From a virus: DNA of 64,000 bases. Where the stretch lies: positions 12,978-76,977 of IMG/VR virus record IMGVR_UViG_3300037193_002017. One strand, given 5' to 3'. Position numbers and translations under genes: made by a program. The notes beneath the pieces were generated by a model. That model did no database searches. It was given only the letters and a program-made list of their open reading frames with translations, and was not told where the DNA came from. Below, piece after piece: positions 9,319-17,862 of this stretch (within the stretch, counting starts at the first letter, position 1; every line of letters begins with the position of its first letter).

Positions 9319-9708
9319 ATGTCCGCGACTGCCTTATCGACCACGTTGGCCTGCACGCTGCAGACCGCAGGCGAGGACTGGGACGCGATCCGTACGCCGA
9401 AGAGCCTTGGTCTCGCCGCGATGGCGATCCTGGGTTCGCGGTGCGGGGCCGTGGTCGAGGACTCCTCCGGCGCCGTCGTCTACTTCTTCACTCCGTGTGG
9501 CACGGCATCCAGGTGGTCTGTTGACCACGCTCAGGCGGTTGAGGAAGGGGACACCGTGCCGGTTCCGCCGGCGCGTCGGACTCAGGGCCCGGGCCCGCAC
9601 TGGCGGATGTGCCCGGGCGAAGGCCGCATGCTCACCGACCCGGATGCCCTGAAGGCGGCGCTCGAGGACGCCTTCGGACCGCGGGTCGGGGATGAACAGG
9701 CGGACTGA
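9319..9708 (+). CDS. Hypothetical protein (truncated primase-polymerase-like fold)
   Basis: WDAIR...GAVVED...YFF...VPVPP...GPHW...LTDP pattern common next to Streptomyces XRE regulators. Confidence 0.65.
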   Translation: MSATALSTTLACTLQTAGEDWDAIRTPKSLGLAAMAILGSRCGAVVEDSSGAVVYFFTPCGTASRWSVDHAQAVEEGDTVPVPPARRTQGPGPHWRMCPGEGRMLTDPDALKAALEDAFGPRVGDEQAD

Positions 9709-9869
9709 CTTCTGTGCCCCGGCGACCGCCGGCCGCGGTCCCGGGGCAATGGCCGACCTGATCGGAGCAGATCGACAATGCATCTTGTATCACAGGCCCT
9801 CGCATGGGCCAGAGGTTCGCACTCTCACGCCTTCCCCTGCCGTGCTGTGGCTCACGGGGAGGACGCCCG

Positions 9870-10064
9870 GTGACCACCATGGACCGCGCCCCCATCGGGC
9901 TGAGCCTGCCCCTTGAGGACCCCGAGCCCGTATCCGACTGCAAGGAATGCGCTGCTCTGGGGCACCAGCGCTCCGAGGCCCGGGCACAGGGCGACATGTC
10001 ACGGGTCTCGGACTGCAACGTCCGTATGCGCGCGCATCACCCGCGGCAGAAGCGGAGGAGGTGA
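9870..10064 (+). CDS. Small CxxC/CN..HH protein
   Basis: GGAGG RBS; CKEC...SDCNV...HH. Confidence 0.6.
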   Translation: MTTMDRAPIGLSLPLEDPEPVSDCKECAALGHQRSEARAQGDMSRVSDCNVRMRAHHPRQKRRR

Positions 10065-10066
10065 CC

Positions 10067-10249
10067 ATGGAGACTCGCCAGCCCGCTCGCGTCGGTGGCT
10101 GGTGCTCATGGCACGAGGCCTACGACCGTACCGCCCGCCCCGTACGAGAGCTCGAGGACCAGGGTTCCGGTCACGGCACCGGCGACCTGTCCGCGTGCGC
10201 TTCCTGCCGCGAGGCATACGAACTGACACCGATAGGCAGCCGCACATGA
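10067..10249 (+). CDS. Small Zn-finger-like protein
   Basis: GGAGG RBS; CSWH...CASCR. Confidence 0.6.
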   Translation: METRQPARVGGWCSWHEAYDRTARPVRELEDQGSGHGTGDLSACASCREAYELTPIGSRT

Positions 10250-10623
10250 GCACTACGGCCCGAGGCATTCCAGACGCCGAGGCGGGCGCCCTGCCCATCG
10301 ACCTTGCCGTCATGCGGGAAGCGGCGGCCCGGATGCCTGCGGAGGGTGGCGGGGCACCGCTGTCCGACGAGGATCTGGAGACACTGAGGCTCCAGCTGCG
10401 GGGGCACCTGTCCCTTCTTGTACTCGCCGTTGAGGAAGCGGCCGACGGCCTCCCGGAAGGGGGCGAGGCACGCAGGTTGGCCCGCGCATTCGTCTTCGCG
10501 GCACGGGCACATCTCCGCCTCGGACGCGGCGACACACGGCTTGTGCGCCTGTCGGTGGTGCGCAAGTTAGCCGACTCGGTGCGCACGCTGTGCGGCCATA
10601 TGGAGAGGACGACCGCTTCCTGA
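10246..10623 (+). CDS. DUF6415-like protein (contains a TTA codon)
   Basis: LRGHLSLL...LADSVRTLCGH motif; ATGA overlap; in-frame TTA at 10567. Confidence 0.65.
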   Translation: MSTTARGIPDAEAGALPIDLAVMREAAARMPAEGGGAPLSDEDLETLRLQLRGHLSLLVLAVEEAADGLPEGGEARRLARAFVFAARAHLRLGRGDTRLVRLSVVRKLADSVRTLCGHMERTTAS

Positions 10624-10776
10624 GCCCCCTGCTGCCGGGCCACGGAACCTTCCCCCGGCGGCAGGCGTCGCCCCAGTGCCGCAACGAGGGCGACAGGCGG
10701 TGACCCGTGCGCCGGCACCCCCGAACGGCCGCGGGTCACCGCACCAGTTGGCCTTCGATGCCGGCGAGAGCGGCTA

Positions 10777-11055
10777 TCACCCCGTTGCCGAGGATCCCCC
10801 CGCGCTGGTCACAGGGCCCCGCACGAGATCGGACAGCGGCACGCCGACGACACGGGCGATGGCGTTGAGGGTGTCCAGGGTGGGATTTGCTACGCCGGAT
10901 TCAACCTCTTGGTAGTAGCTGCGGGCCAGCGGCACCGCGAGGTAGACGTCCTCCTGAGTCAGGTTGTGGTGCAGACGCGTGTCGCGGATGCATCTGCCGA
11001 CCCGCTGGCGTTCGAGGAGGATCCACTCGCGGTCGTCGGGCAGGTCGCTGGGCAC
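10777..11055 (-). CDS. Small XRE-family HTH regulator
   Basis: LTQEDV...RSYYQEVESG.ANPTLDTL..IA. Confidence 0.8.
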   Translation of the reverse strand: MPSDLPDDREWILLERQRVGRCIRDTRLHHNLTQEDVYLAVPLARSYYQEVESGVANPTLDTLNAIARVVGVPLSDLVRGPVTSAGGSSATG

Positions 11056-11488
11056 TCGACACACGCTCTGAGCTGCGTGATCATATGTCAGCCCGGTGAC
11101 ACCGGGCTTTTTCTGATCTTTCTCAGTGTGGATAGAGGCTTCTGGGGCAGGAGGATCCCGTGGCGTGAGCAGCGTGCAGCCCCGAGCCCTGCGGCACTCT
11201 GACCGAGACCGCAGGGCTACACAGCCTGCCAGAAATCGAACTTTTGTTCACACGAACGGGTGACTGACGAGGGCATGGAAAGCGCGTTAGACATACCGAG
11301 GCCCACCCCCCACCCCGACGTGCCAGGCCGTCCCACGTGGTGCCCCCCTCTGCGGCGGCCTGGCACTGAGGGTGGCCCCCGCTCTCGCGTCGGCGCTGGG
11401 CGCGGGGATCGTTGCCTTCTGGTCCTGACCTGCGCAGACGTCATGATCATTTGGGCGTGATTTAGGCGCAGGCCTCGTGTAGCGAGGG

Positions 11489-11525
11489 TGTAGTCAGACT
11501 GTCTGGGGATGTAGCCAGATTGCAC
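11489..11525. promoter_or_regulatory. Tandem protein-binding site in the att arm, duplicated at the cro promoter
   Basis: tgtagtcaga-N11-tgtagccagattgcac; compare 14242..14278. Confidence 0.6.
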
Positions 11526-11529
11526 ACAA

Positions 11530-11573
11530 TGAAGGCCCAGGAGCGGAGACTTGCTCCGCGACCTGGGCCTTCA
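11530..11573 (-). terminator. Hairpin downstream of the tRNA 3' end and integrase
   Basis: tgaaggcccagg...cctgggccttca 12-bp stem. Confidence 0.7.
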
Positions 11574-11584
11574 ATCGTCTGACC

Positions 11585-11638
11585 TGGTGCCCCCGGCAGG
11601 ATTCGAACCTGCGACACCCGCTTTAGGAGAGCGGTGCT
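11585..11638 (-). tRNA. 3' fragment of tRNA-Arg(CCT) serving as phage att core (not an intact tRNA)
   Basis: Reverse complement gives anticodon arm ccgct-ctCCTaa-agcgg, T-arm GGTTCGAATCC and CCA end; the D-arm and 5' strand are missing; adjacent to the integrase 3' end. Confidence 0.9.
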
Positions 11639-11659
11639 GAAACACCCGGTCAGCTTCCC

Positions 11660-13036
11660 TTACATGGCTTCTGACCTGTCACGATACCCTCGCCTCCTGT
11701 TCCGCCAATCCTCCAGGAAGATCGTTTGGGCGGAATTTGGGAGATCAACTTCGGCAGGCCGCTTCACCAGGCTGACACGGCCCCACAGCGTCTCCCAGCC
11801 CAGGTTCCCCATCGCCCTCCAGAAGATCTCCTCCATGCCGTCGAGGCGCTCCTGCCGCATGTCCGGCGTCGGGTGCTGATACACGCCCTTGATGCCGGGC
11901 CGTTTGTGGCCGGCCTGCTCGAAGGCGAGCGCGGCCCGCACGCCGATCTGGTCCTGGAGCGAGTCGTGGAGGTGACGCAGGCCGCGCATCGTCAGCCCCG
12001 GCGCGAGCGGCTTCCACTCCTCGCGGTAGGAAGCACCCTGCCGCTTTTTGCGCTCGGGCCGGCCGTCGGCCGCGGGACGCAGGTACTGCTTGCCCCAGTT
12101 GTTGCGGCGCCACCACTTCCCGTTGGGCGTGCACAGCACCCAGTCGTACGGCCAGTCGGCGAGGTGGTACTGCCACAGCCGTGCCAGGAACGGCGGCAGG
12201 TCCAGGTCGCGGACGCGGTACTTGTTCTTCACGGGCTCGAGCCGCATGACGGTGCCGAGCTTCTTGCCGTCGACGTCACGGTCCTCGTACTCCGCGACCT
12301 CCTGGACGACACGCAGGACCGGGCACTCCCACATGCTGTTCCCCCACGCCTGCCTGCGGGTGAGCAGGCAGTGCTCTCGCTGCAGCCCGATTCCCTCACC
12401 CCAGTTGACCCCCGTGAACATCGTGGTGAGCACGTGCAGACCCTTGGCCGGCCCCAAGCGGTCAGCGACCTGCAGAACCGCTTCGGGGGAGTGGAGCTGC
12501 TTCTTGTCGTTGCCGCTCACGGGGACGACGGCGGGAGTGTGGTCCACCGGCTTGGTGCGCTTGCGCCCGAAGACCGGGTTGAGCGGCAGCCAGCGCGCGT
12601 CGACGGCGCCCGTGAGGATGGTGGACAGCAGCGACACACAGTGCCCCTTGGTGACGTCGTCGCACGGCAGGCCCATCTGCCAGGAGTCGACGTCGAACCA
12701 GGTGATCGAAATCAGCGGCGCGTGCTCCCACTTCGGCAGGATGTACTTGTCGAGGTTGTCCCAGCGGGTGTCCATCGTGCGGCCCCGCTTGGGGCGCTCG
12801 GCCATGTACTTCCTGGCGAACTTCCCGAACGGTGAGCGGTACAGGTCCGGATCGATCCAGGTGCCTTCCTTGATCTTCCGTTCCTGCTCTTCACCCCACT
12901 CCTCCGCCTTGTTCTTGGTCGGGAATCCCGGCTCGCTGCCGACGCTGCCGTCGGGTTTCTTGTATCGCGCCCTCCACGTGAACTGCTTCGTCTGCTTGCC
13001 ATCACGGACTTTGTAGACCTTTTGTGCGTAGGCCAT
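11660..13036 (-). CDS. int: Tyrosine integrase
   Basis: N-terminal arm-binding domain (WRARYKKPDG..GFPTK), SAM-like core, GLRH/AGH/VYQH boxes; next to the tRNA att core. Confidence 0.88.
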   Translation of the reverse strand: MAYAQKVYKVRDGKQTKQFTWRARYKKPDGSVGSEPGFPTKNKAEEWGEEQERKIKEGTWIDPDLYRSPFGKFARKYMAERPKRGRTMDTRWDNLDKYILPKWEHAPLISITWFDVDSWQMGLPCDDVTKGHCVSLLSTILTGAVDARWLPLNPVFGRKRTKPVDHTPAVVPVSGNDKKQLHSPEAVLQVADRLGPAKGLHVLTTMFTGVNWGEGIGLQREHCLLTRRQAWGNSMWECPVLRVVQEVAEYEDRDVDGKKLGTVMRLEPVKNKYRVRDLDLPPFLARLWQYHLADWPYDWVLCTPNGKWWRRNNWGKQYLRPAADGRPERKKRQGASYREEWKPLAPGLTMRGLRHLHDSLQDQIGVRAALAFEQAGHKRPGIKGVYQHPTPDMRQERLDGMEEIFWRAMGNLGWETLWGRVSLVKRPAEVDLPNSAQTIFLEDWRNRRRGYRDRSEAM

Positions 13037-13070
13037 GTCTCTCCCCCGCCGCGCGCGCCGAAGGCCGACC

Positions 13071-13535
13071 TCAGACGGCGTGGAGGTGGCGAGGTTGGCG
13101 CACGGGGCGGCGCTCCCAGTCCGGTGATCTCTCGGACTGATGACGGGTGATTGACTTGGCGCCGCGCTCGCTGATCAGACCATGGCGCACGGTGTACGCA
13201 ATGCACGTCGGGCGGTCGTCGACCACGATGAAGACGCCGTCCGGCAGGTCTGTGCGCAGATCCATGGTGACCGGGATCTGCGGCCCGCGAGGTGTCTCCG
13301 GTGCGCGGGGCATCCACCTACGGGCCTGTTCTGTCAGGGCCTCAGCAAAAAGTGAGGCCCCTTCTTCTGTGATGTCGTCGTTGTGGAAGTGCAGGACACA
13401 TCCGGTGTCGTGATCTTCGATGTATGGCAGGAAGTACTGCCCAGGCCGACGCTCCACTCCGATGGTGAGTTGCACGAGTTCCCCGATCCGCCGAGTGGTG
13501 CCCCCCTCTCGGTGACGGTCCGTGCATGCAACCAT
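13071..13535 (-). CDS. Hypothetical protein in the cI-int operon (two tandem ~60-aa repeats)
   Basis: Repeated ..ED/DD..C......I(T/S)E.GA.....W..R unit; start uncertain. Confidence 0.6.
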   Translation of the reverse strand: MVACTDRHREGGTTRRIGELVQLTIGVERRPGQYFLPYIEDHDTGCVLHFHNDDITEEGASLFAEALTEQARRWMPRAPETPRGPQIPVTMDLRTDLPDGVFIVVDDRPTCIAYTVRHGLISERGAKSITRHQSERSPDWERRPVRQPRHLHAV

Positions 13536-13573
13536 ACTTATTGGAGTTACGCGAGTGTCCTGCGGTAACTCCG

Positions 13574-14086
13574 CTATGGGTCTGCAACCGCGTCGGGTTC
13601 GGCGGCTAGGCCCTGCAGATGCCGACGAGCGCGCCGATAGCGCGCCGCGATCCGCTCGACCTCCTCCGGGGTGGCGCCCTTCCGGCCTTGCAGGACGACG
13701 ATGATGTGCCCGTCCTCGTCATCGGGTCCCAGGTTGATGACCTGCGAGCCGAGTGTCTCGCCCGTCCTGAGCTCGTACTCGACTTCCGGCGACAGGCCCA
13801 GATCGGACGAAGAGGCCTCACTCGATGGACTCTTGCCTGACGCACTTTCGTCGAGCACCGGTCCGCCGGCCATGACGCGATCCTCGGCGCCCTCCGGCCA
13901 GCCGAGGAGTCTTGCGTACTTCCGCACGGTGGCGTTGATCCGGGTGAACTTGCCGTGCTCGATGTTCTGGATCGTGGTCCGGCTCACGCCGAGCGCCTCG
14001 GCGGCATCGCCCTGCTTGAGCCTCGGGCGTCGGCTTTCACGTGCTCTCTGAAGCTCAGAGCCAAGCCGCTTGGAGTCGTCGTCCAT
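13574..14086 (-). CDS. Immunity repressor (cI-like XRE HTH)
   Basis: KQGDAAEALGVSRTTIQNIEHG HTH; divergent from cro and upstream of int. Confidence 0.85.
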   Translation of the reverse strand: MDDDSKRLGSELQRARESRRPRLKQGDAAEALGVSRTTIQNIEHGKFTRINATVRKYARLLGWPEGAEDRVMAGGPVLDESASGKSPSSEASSSDLGLSPEVEYELRTGETLGSQVINLGPDDEDGHIIVVLQGRKGATPEEVERIAARYRRARRHLQGLAAEPDAVADP

Positions 14087-14241
14087 GGGTCCCCATCATG
14101 CCTCATTTGGTTGCACGCGCGTAGCCCAGATTCGGCGCTTTGACCTGGGCATTAATGAGCATTTTGAGCCGGTTGGGTTGCACCACGGCAGTCCCACGGG
14201 TCACAGAATCTGAGCTTGAAGCCAAGATTTTCAGGGTTGGA

Positions 14242-14291
14242 TGTAGTCAGAGTGCTTGCTTACGTAGCTAGATTGCACCTAGATTCTTGGC
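14242..14291 (+). promoter_or_regulatory. Early lytic promoter (probably leaderless) with overlapping operator repeats
   Basis: TTGCTT(14256)-N18-TAGATT(14280)-N6-GTG(14292); YGTAGYYAGA repeats overlap it. Confidence 0.65.
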
Positions 14292-14495
14292 GTGAAGCCC
14301 AACGGACCTGTCATCAGAGCCATACGCAAGGCCAGGAAAGTGAGCCTTCGTTGGCTCCAGGACGAGACCGGCCTGGATCGGGGCTACCTCTCTCGCATGG
14401 AGCGGGGCCTCATCCAGGAGTCCGGTGACCAGCAGGTCGAACGGGTTGCCACCGCGCTGAACGTCCCCCCTGACGTGATCACCCAAGAGGAGTAA
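14292..14495 (+). CDS. Cro-like XRE regulator
   Basis: 67-aa HTH (SLRWLQDETGLDRGYLSRMERG), first gene of the early operon. Confidence 0.85.
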   Translation: MKPNGPVIRAIRKARKVSLRWLQDETGLDRGYLSRMERGLIQESGDQQVERVATALNVPPDVITQEE

Positions 14496-14497
14496 CC

Positions 14498-14773
14498 GTG
14501 ACCGGGAAGGCCACGACCCTGACCCCCACCGGGCCCGCCCAGCACACGCCAGACCGCGCTGAGTACGAGGCCGAATTCCGCCGCTGGACCTTGGACGAGG
14601 TCATCGCGAAGCAGCTCCTGCCGTACCGGAGTCGGCGCGTGCTTCGCGACAAGTGCTACCGGCGCGAGGTCTACCACCACCTCGACGGCGGCCGGATCAC
14701 CTTCACCGCCGACGACATCCGCAAAGAGAACGCCAGGACGGCAGTCACGCCCTTCGAGAAGCCCGCCGCCTGA
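14498..14773 (+). CDS. Excisionase-like winged-helix protein
   Basis: WTLDEV...LRDKCYRREV.H...GGRITFT..DI pattern; position after cro. Confidence 0.65.
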   Translation: MTGKATTLTPTGPAQHTPDRAEYEAEFRRWTLDEVIAKQLLPYRSRRVLRDKCYRREVYHHLDGGRITFTADDIRKENARTAVTPFEKPAA

Positions 14774-14857
14774 CACGTGCGAAACGGGGCCGTGGACCCT
14801 GCCCGGTCCCGCGACCCCGCCGAAGAAATCGCCTCACCACTACGCAATGAGGTTCAC

Positions 14858-15490
14858 ATGGAACAGGCTACTGAGCCGACCACCACGGCCGCATCACCCG
14901 AGGTAAGAGACGCTGCCCCCCAAGGCCCCACTCTCACCGAGGCCCACGCCCTTGTCGGCCGCATCATTGCTGAACTCACCACTCACCCCCGCGACATAGA
15001 CATGAAGCGGGAGATCAGCGGCGAGTACTCCGTCCACATCTTCTGGAGCGACGACGTCTCCGGCGTCCGTGCCCTCGCCGCCTGGGCTAACTGCACCTGG
15101 GACCTCGTCCCCAGCGAGTTCAACGCCGGCACCTACGCCGAGACCCGCCCCGTCATCGATGGCGTCGAGGTCTGGGCCTGGACCCTCCTCAACGGCGACG
15201 AGGCAGCCAAGGCCGAGCACCTGCTCGCCGCCGACCGCGCAGCCCCTCCCGCCGACGCCAGCGCCCAGCCCGTACCGGCGCCGGTGCCGCTCGCGGAGTC
15301 CGCCGTCGCCCATGACCGGCCCGGCCTGTCCGGCGGGGACCCGCTGGCGTACGGGCCGACGGGTATCCGCTGCGGCTGCGGGAAGAACGCCCACTCCAAC
15401 CTCGTCCCCTGCCAGCCCGACGCGGAGCCGAGCGCCCCAGACACCGTCTCCTTCGCCCCCGCCGTCCCACACGCGGGTGGTGACCGGTGA
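14858..15490 (+). CDS. Phage early hypothetical protein
   Basis: GAGG RBS, high GC at third codon positions, coupled to the next gene. Confidence 0.7.
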   Translation: MEQATEPTTTAASPEVRDAAPQGPTLTEAHALVGRIIAELTTHPRDIDMKREISGEYSVHIFWSDDVSGVRALAAWANCTWDLVPSEFNAGTYAETRPVIDGVEVWAWTLLNGDEAAKAEHLLAADRAAPPADASAQPVPAPVPLAESAVAHDRPGLSGGDPLAYGPTGIRCGCGKNAHSNLVPCQPDAEPSAPDTVSFAPAVPHAGGDR

Positions 15491-16083
15491 GCCGCGGCCT
15501 GCAGCAACTGCTGCACTCCCGCCTCGAGACCGTCGCCACACTCCGGGACCTGCCGCTCACCGCGCAGCAGATCGAGGTTCTGGCCCTCGACCTGACCCCC
15601 TGTGTCAAGGCCATGCTCGCCGAGAGCGACGCCCAGATCGAGGAACTCGCCCCTGTCGCCTACGCGTTGGCCGGGCCCGCCGAACCCACCGACCGGTGCG
15701 TCACCGAGTACGCGGGCTGCACCTCGGCGATCCACCCCGAAGTGGACGTCGACTGCCCGGCCGCGCTCCTCGCCCACGAACTGGCCCAGACCCAGCCGGA
15801 CGTGACCGCCACCGACGTCCCCACCCCCGCCCATCTGACGCTGACCGTACGGCCGCAGTCCGTCCGGGCCTGGACGTGGTGGCTGCACAAGATGTCCGTC
15901 CACACCGGCACCACCCTCCGGCACGGCCCCCTCGTCACCGGCACCGGCCACTACGGCGAGATCACCGTCCACCTGCGCGGCGAGAACGTCGGCCAGCTCC
16001 TGGACGACCAAGCCGCAGCCCAGTCCGCAAACAGACTGCGCAGCTTCATCGCCCCGCCAGCCGCGCGCAGGCACCCATGGTGA
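15487..16083 (+). CDS. Phage early hypothetical protein
   Basis: GTGA overlaps at both ends. Confidence 0.7.
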   Translation: MSRGLQQLLHSRLETVATLRDLPLTAQQIEVLALDLTPCVKAMLAESDAQIEELAPVAYALAGPAEPTDRCVTEYAGCTSAIHPEVDVDCPAALLAHELAQTQPDVTATDVPTPAHLTLTVRPQSVRAWTWWLHKMSVHTGTTLRHGPLVTGTGHYGEITVHLRGENVGQLLDDQAAAQSANRLRSFIAPPAARRHPW

Positions 16084-16397
16084 GCGCCACCACCGGCGAC
16101 CCGCTCGTCTTATGGCTGGTCATCACCGGATCCGCGCTCACCACCGGCCTGATCCTGTGGCTGCTGAAGGTGCTGATCGACACCAGCACGGACACCACCC
16201 CCGCCGACGACCACGACCAGGGCCGGGAACCGCGCCTGACGTGGCTCCTCGCCTGGCCCTCCACCGGCGCCCCGCTCAGCTCCAAGCCCACACCGCCGGC
16301 CTCTCACATCCACACCCCGGCCTGTACCGGCGAAACCCTCCAGATCACCTCCGTCCAGCCGTCCCGCGCACGCCACGCCAAGAGGACCAACTCGTGA
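16080..16397 (+). CDS. Small membrane protein (TTA codon at 16110)
   Basis: GTGA overlaps; N-terminal TM segment. Confidence 0.6.
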   Translation: MSATTGDPLVLWLVITGSALTTGLILWLLKVLIDTSTDTTPADDHDQGREPRLTWLLAWPSTGAPLSSKPTPPASHIHTPACTGETLQITSVQPSRARHAKRTNS

Positions 16398-17041
16398 TCG
16401 AGAACACCTACTTCGGGTGGGACCAGCTCGCCCACACCACCACCTGCGCGTCCCCGTCCTGGGACGTCGACGTCCGCAACACCATCACCACCCGCCCCCT
16501 CGCCGACTCCGCCGTCACCCACGGCTGCCCGGACCAGCACTGCACCCACTCCGGCGCCCTCGACCGGGTCACCATCCGCGTCATCTGCCGTGGCTGCGAC
16601 ACCGCCCACGTCATCAGCGGCGAGGCCCTCACCCGCACCGTCACCACCACCGGCGCGCTCGGCTACGGCCAGCCCCCGCGCGAGACGGCCGGCCTCTACC
16701 TGTGGCCCGGCCGCCCCGTCCTGCACGGCTGGGGCCCCGGGCCCTCCGGCCTGGACGACCAGCCCCACGAGTACCTCGTCACCACCACCCGAGTGGACCG
16801 GCTCACCCCCGGCGACTGCGTGGGCGCGGTCGGCCGCCACCGCACCGCTGGCGGCAAGCCCCGCTGGTGGGCCGGAGCCATCCCCACCCTGCCGCCCCTG
16901 CGCAGTCTGCCCGCGCCCGGGGAATACCGGCTCGCCTGGGGCCGCCGCACCAGCGACCACACCACCGTCGAAGAGGCCGCCGCCTGGATCGCCGACGCCC
17001 TCAACCCCGCCCAGCCCCAGCCTCTGGTGGTCGCCGTATGA
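16394..17041 (+). CDS. Phage hypothetical protein (Cys/His-rich)
   Basis: Coupled start and stop; codon bias. Confidence 0.7.
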   Translation: MIENTYFGWDQLAHTTTCASPSWDVDVRNTITTRPLADSAVTHGCPDQHCTHSGALDRVTIRVICRGCDTAHVISGEALTRTVTTTGALGYGQPPRETAGLYLWPGRPVLHGWGPGPSGLDDQPHEYLVTTTRVDRLTPGDCVGAVGRHRTAGGKPRWWAGAIPTLPPLRSLPAPGEYRLAWGRRTSDHTTVEEAAAWIADALNPAQPQPLVVAV

Positions 17042-17862
17042 ACCTCATCGAACTTGCCCTGACCACCTACACCGAGTACCTCGGCGCCGCCGAGGACGAG
17101 GCCGACGCGCGGGCCGAGGAGCTGCGTGACAGCTTCCTCGCCGCCGCCCGCGCGACCGCCGGCACCCGCCTCGGTTCCGCCGCCGACGAGCTGGAGTGGA
17201 CCTACACCCCGCACGGCGCCCTCCCCGAGGACACCGAGCAGGCCACCGCCCTGCTCGCCCCGGGACGGCTGGAGTACCTGCGCTACCGGTACGACCATGA
17301 CGCCGAGGACACATCGTTCGAGCTGGTCCAGCCGTGCGGCGCGTGCGGGCACGACCGCGTCAACGAGGTCCCGGGCCTGACCAGGCTGGGCGAACTCCTC
17401 CACCAGGACGAGCAGCCCCACCAGGACGAGAAGCAGGACGCGGAGCCGGGCCCGCTCGCCGCGATCGAGACGCTCGAGGCCCTTACCGCCCGCATCGCCG
17501 GGCTGGCCCGCCGCCTCATCACCAAGCACCCGGGCCTCACCGTCGCCGACGTCCACGCCTTCGGCCACGACGACGCCACCAGCACCGGCAAGATCCGCAT
17601 CAAGGCCGCCACGTTCGATGCGCTCGATCAGATCGCGCACGCCCTCGGCGTAGACGTGACCAACAAGACCGTGGACGTCGGCGACGGGACCCTTGGCGGC
17701 AGCGGCCTGTACGGGCGCGTCTTCCGCCACGCCCACGCCAACGCCGAGACCGACGGCATCGAGATCGAACTACGTGCCTCCACCCAGCTCAGCGTCGACG
17801 AGGCCGCCGCCTGGCGCGCCCAGCAGGACCAGGGTGCCGAGGACGGTGAAGGCACGTGCTGA
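17038..17862 (+). CDS. Phage hypothetical protein (CxxC)
   Basis: ATGA overlap; codon bias. Confidence 0.7.
   Translation: MNLIELALTTYTEYLGAAEDEADARAEELRDSFLAAARATAGTRLGSAADELEWTYTPHGALPEDTEQATALLAPGRLEYLRYRYDHDAEDTSFELVQPCGACGHDRVNEVPGLTRLGELLHQDEQPHQDEKQDAEPGPLAAIETLEALTARIAGLARRLITKHPGLTVADVHAFGHDDATSTGKIRIKAATFDALDQIAHALGVDVTNKTVDVGDGTLGGSGLYGRVFRHAHANAETDGIEIELRASTQLSVDEAAAWRAQQDQGAEDGEGTC

Larger units (their letters stand above)
1..11584. mobile_element. Element A: right end (tail tip, lysis, accessory genes) of a Streptomyces-type temperate phage
   Basis: Tailspike, endolysin, holin and collagen gene order is homologous to 57.5-63.3 kb; ends at the tRNA-derived att core. Confidence 0.85.

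Noticed and set aside
11585-11660. Intact tRNA-Arg gene
   Set aside because: The 5' acceptor strand and D-arm are absent; it is only the att core.
11426-14147. TGACCTG motifs as integrase arm sites
   Set aside because: The motif also occurs far from att (e.g. 34541), so I cannot assign it specifically.
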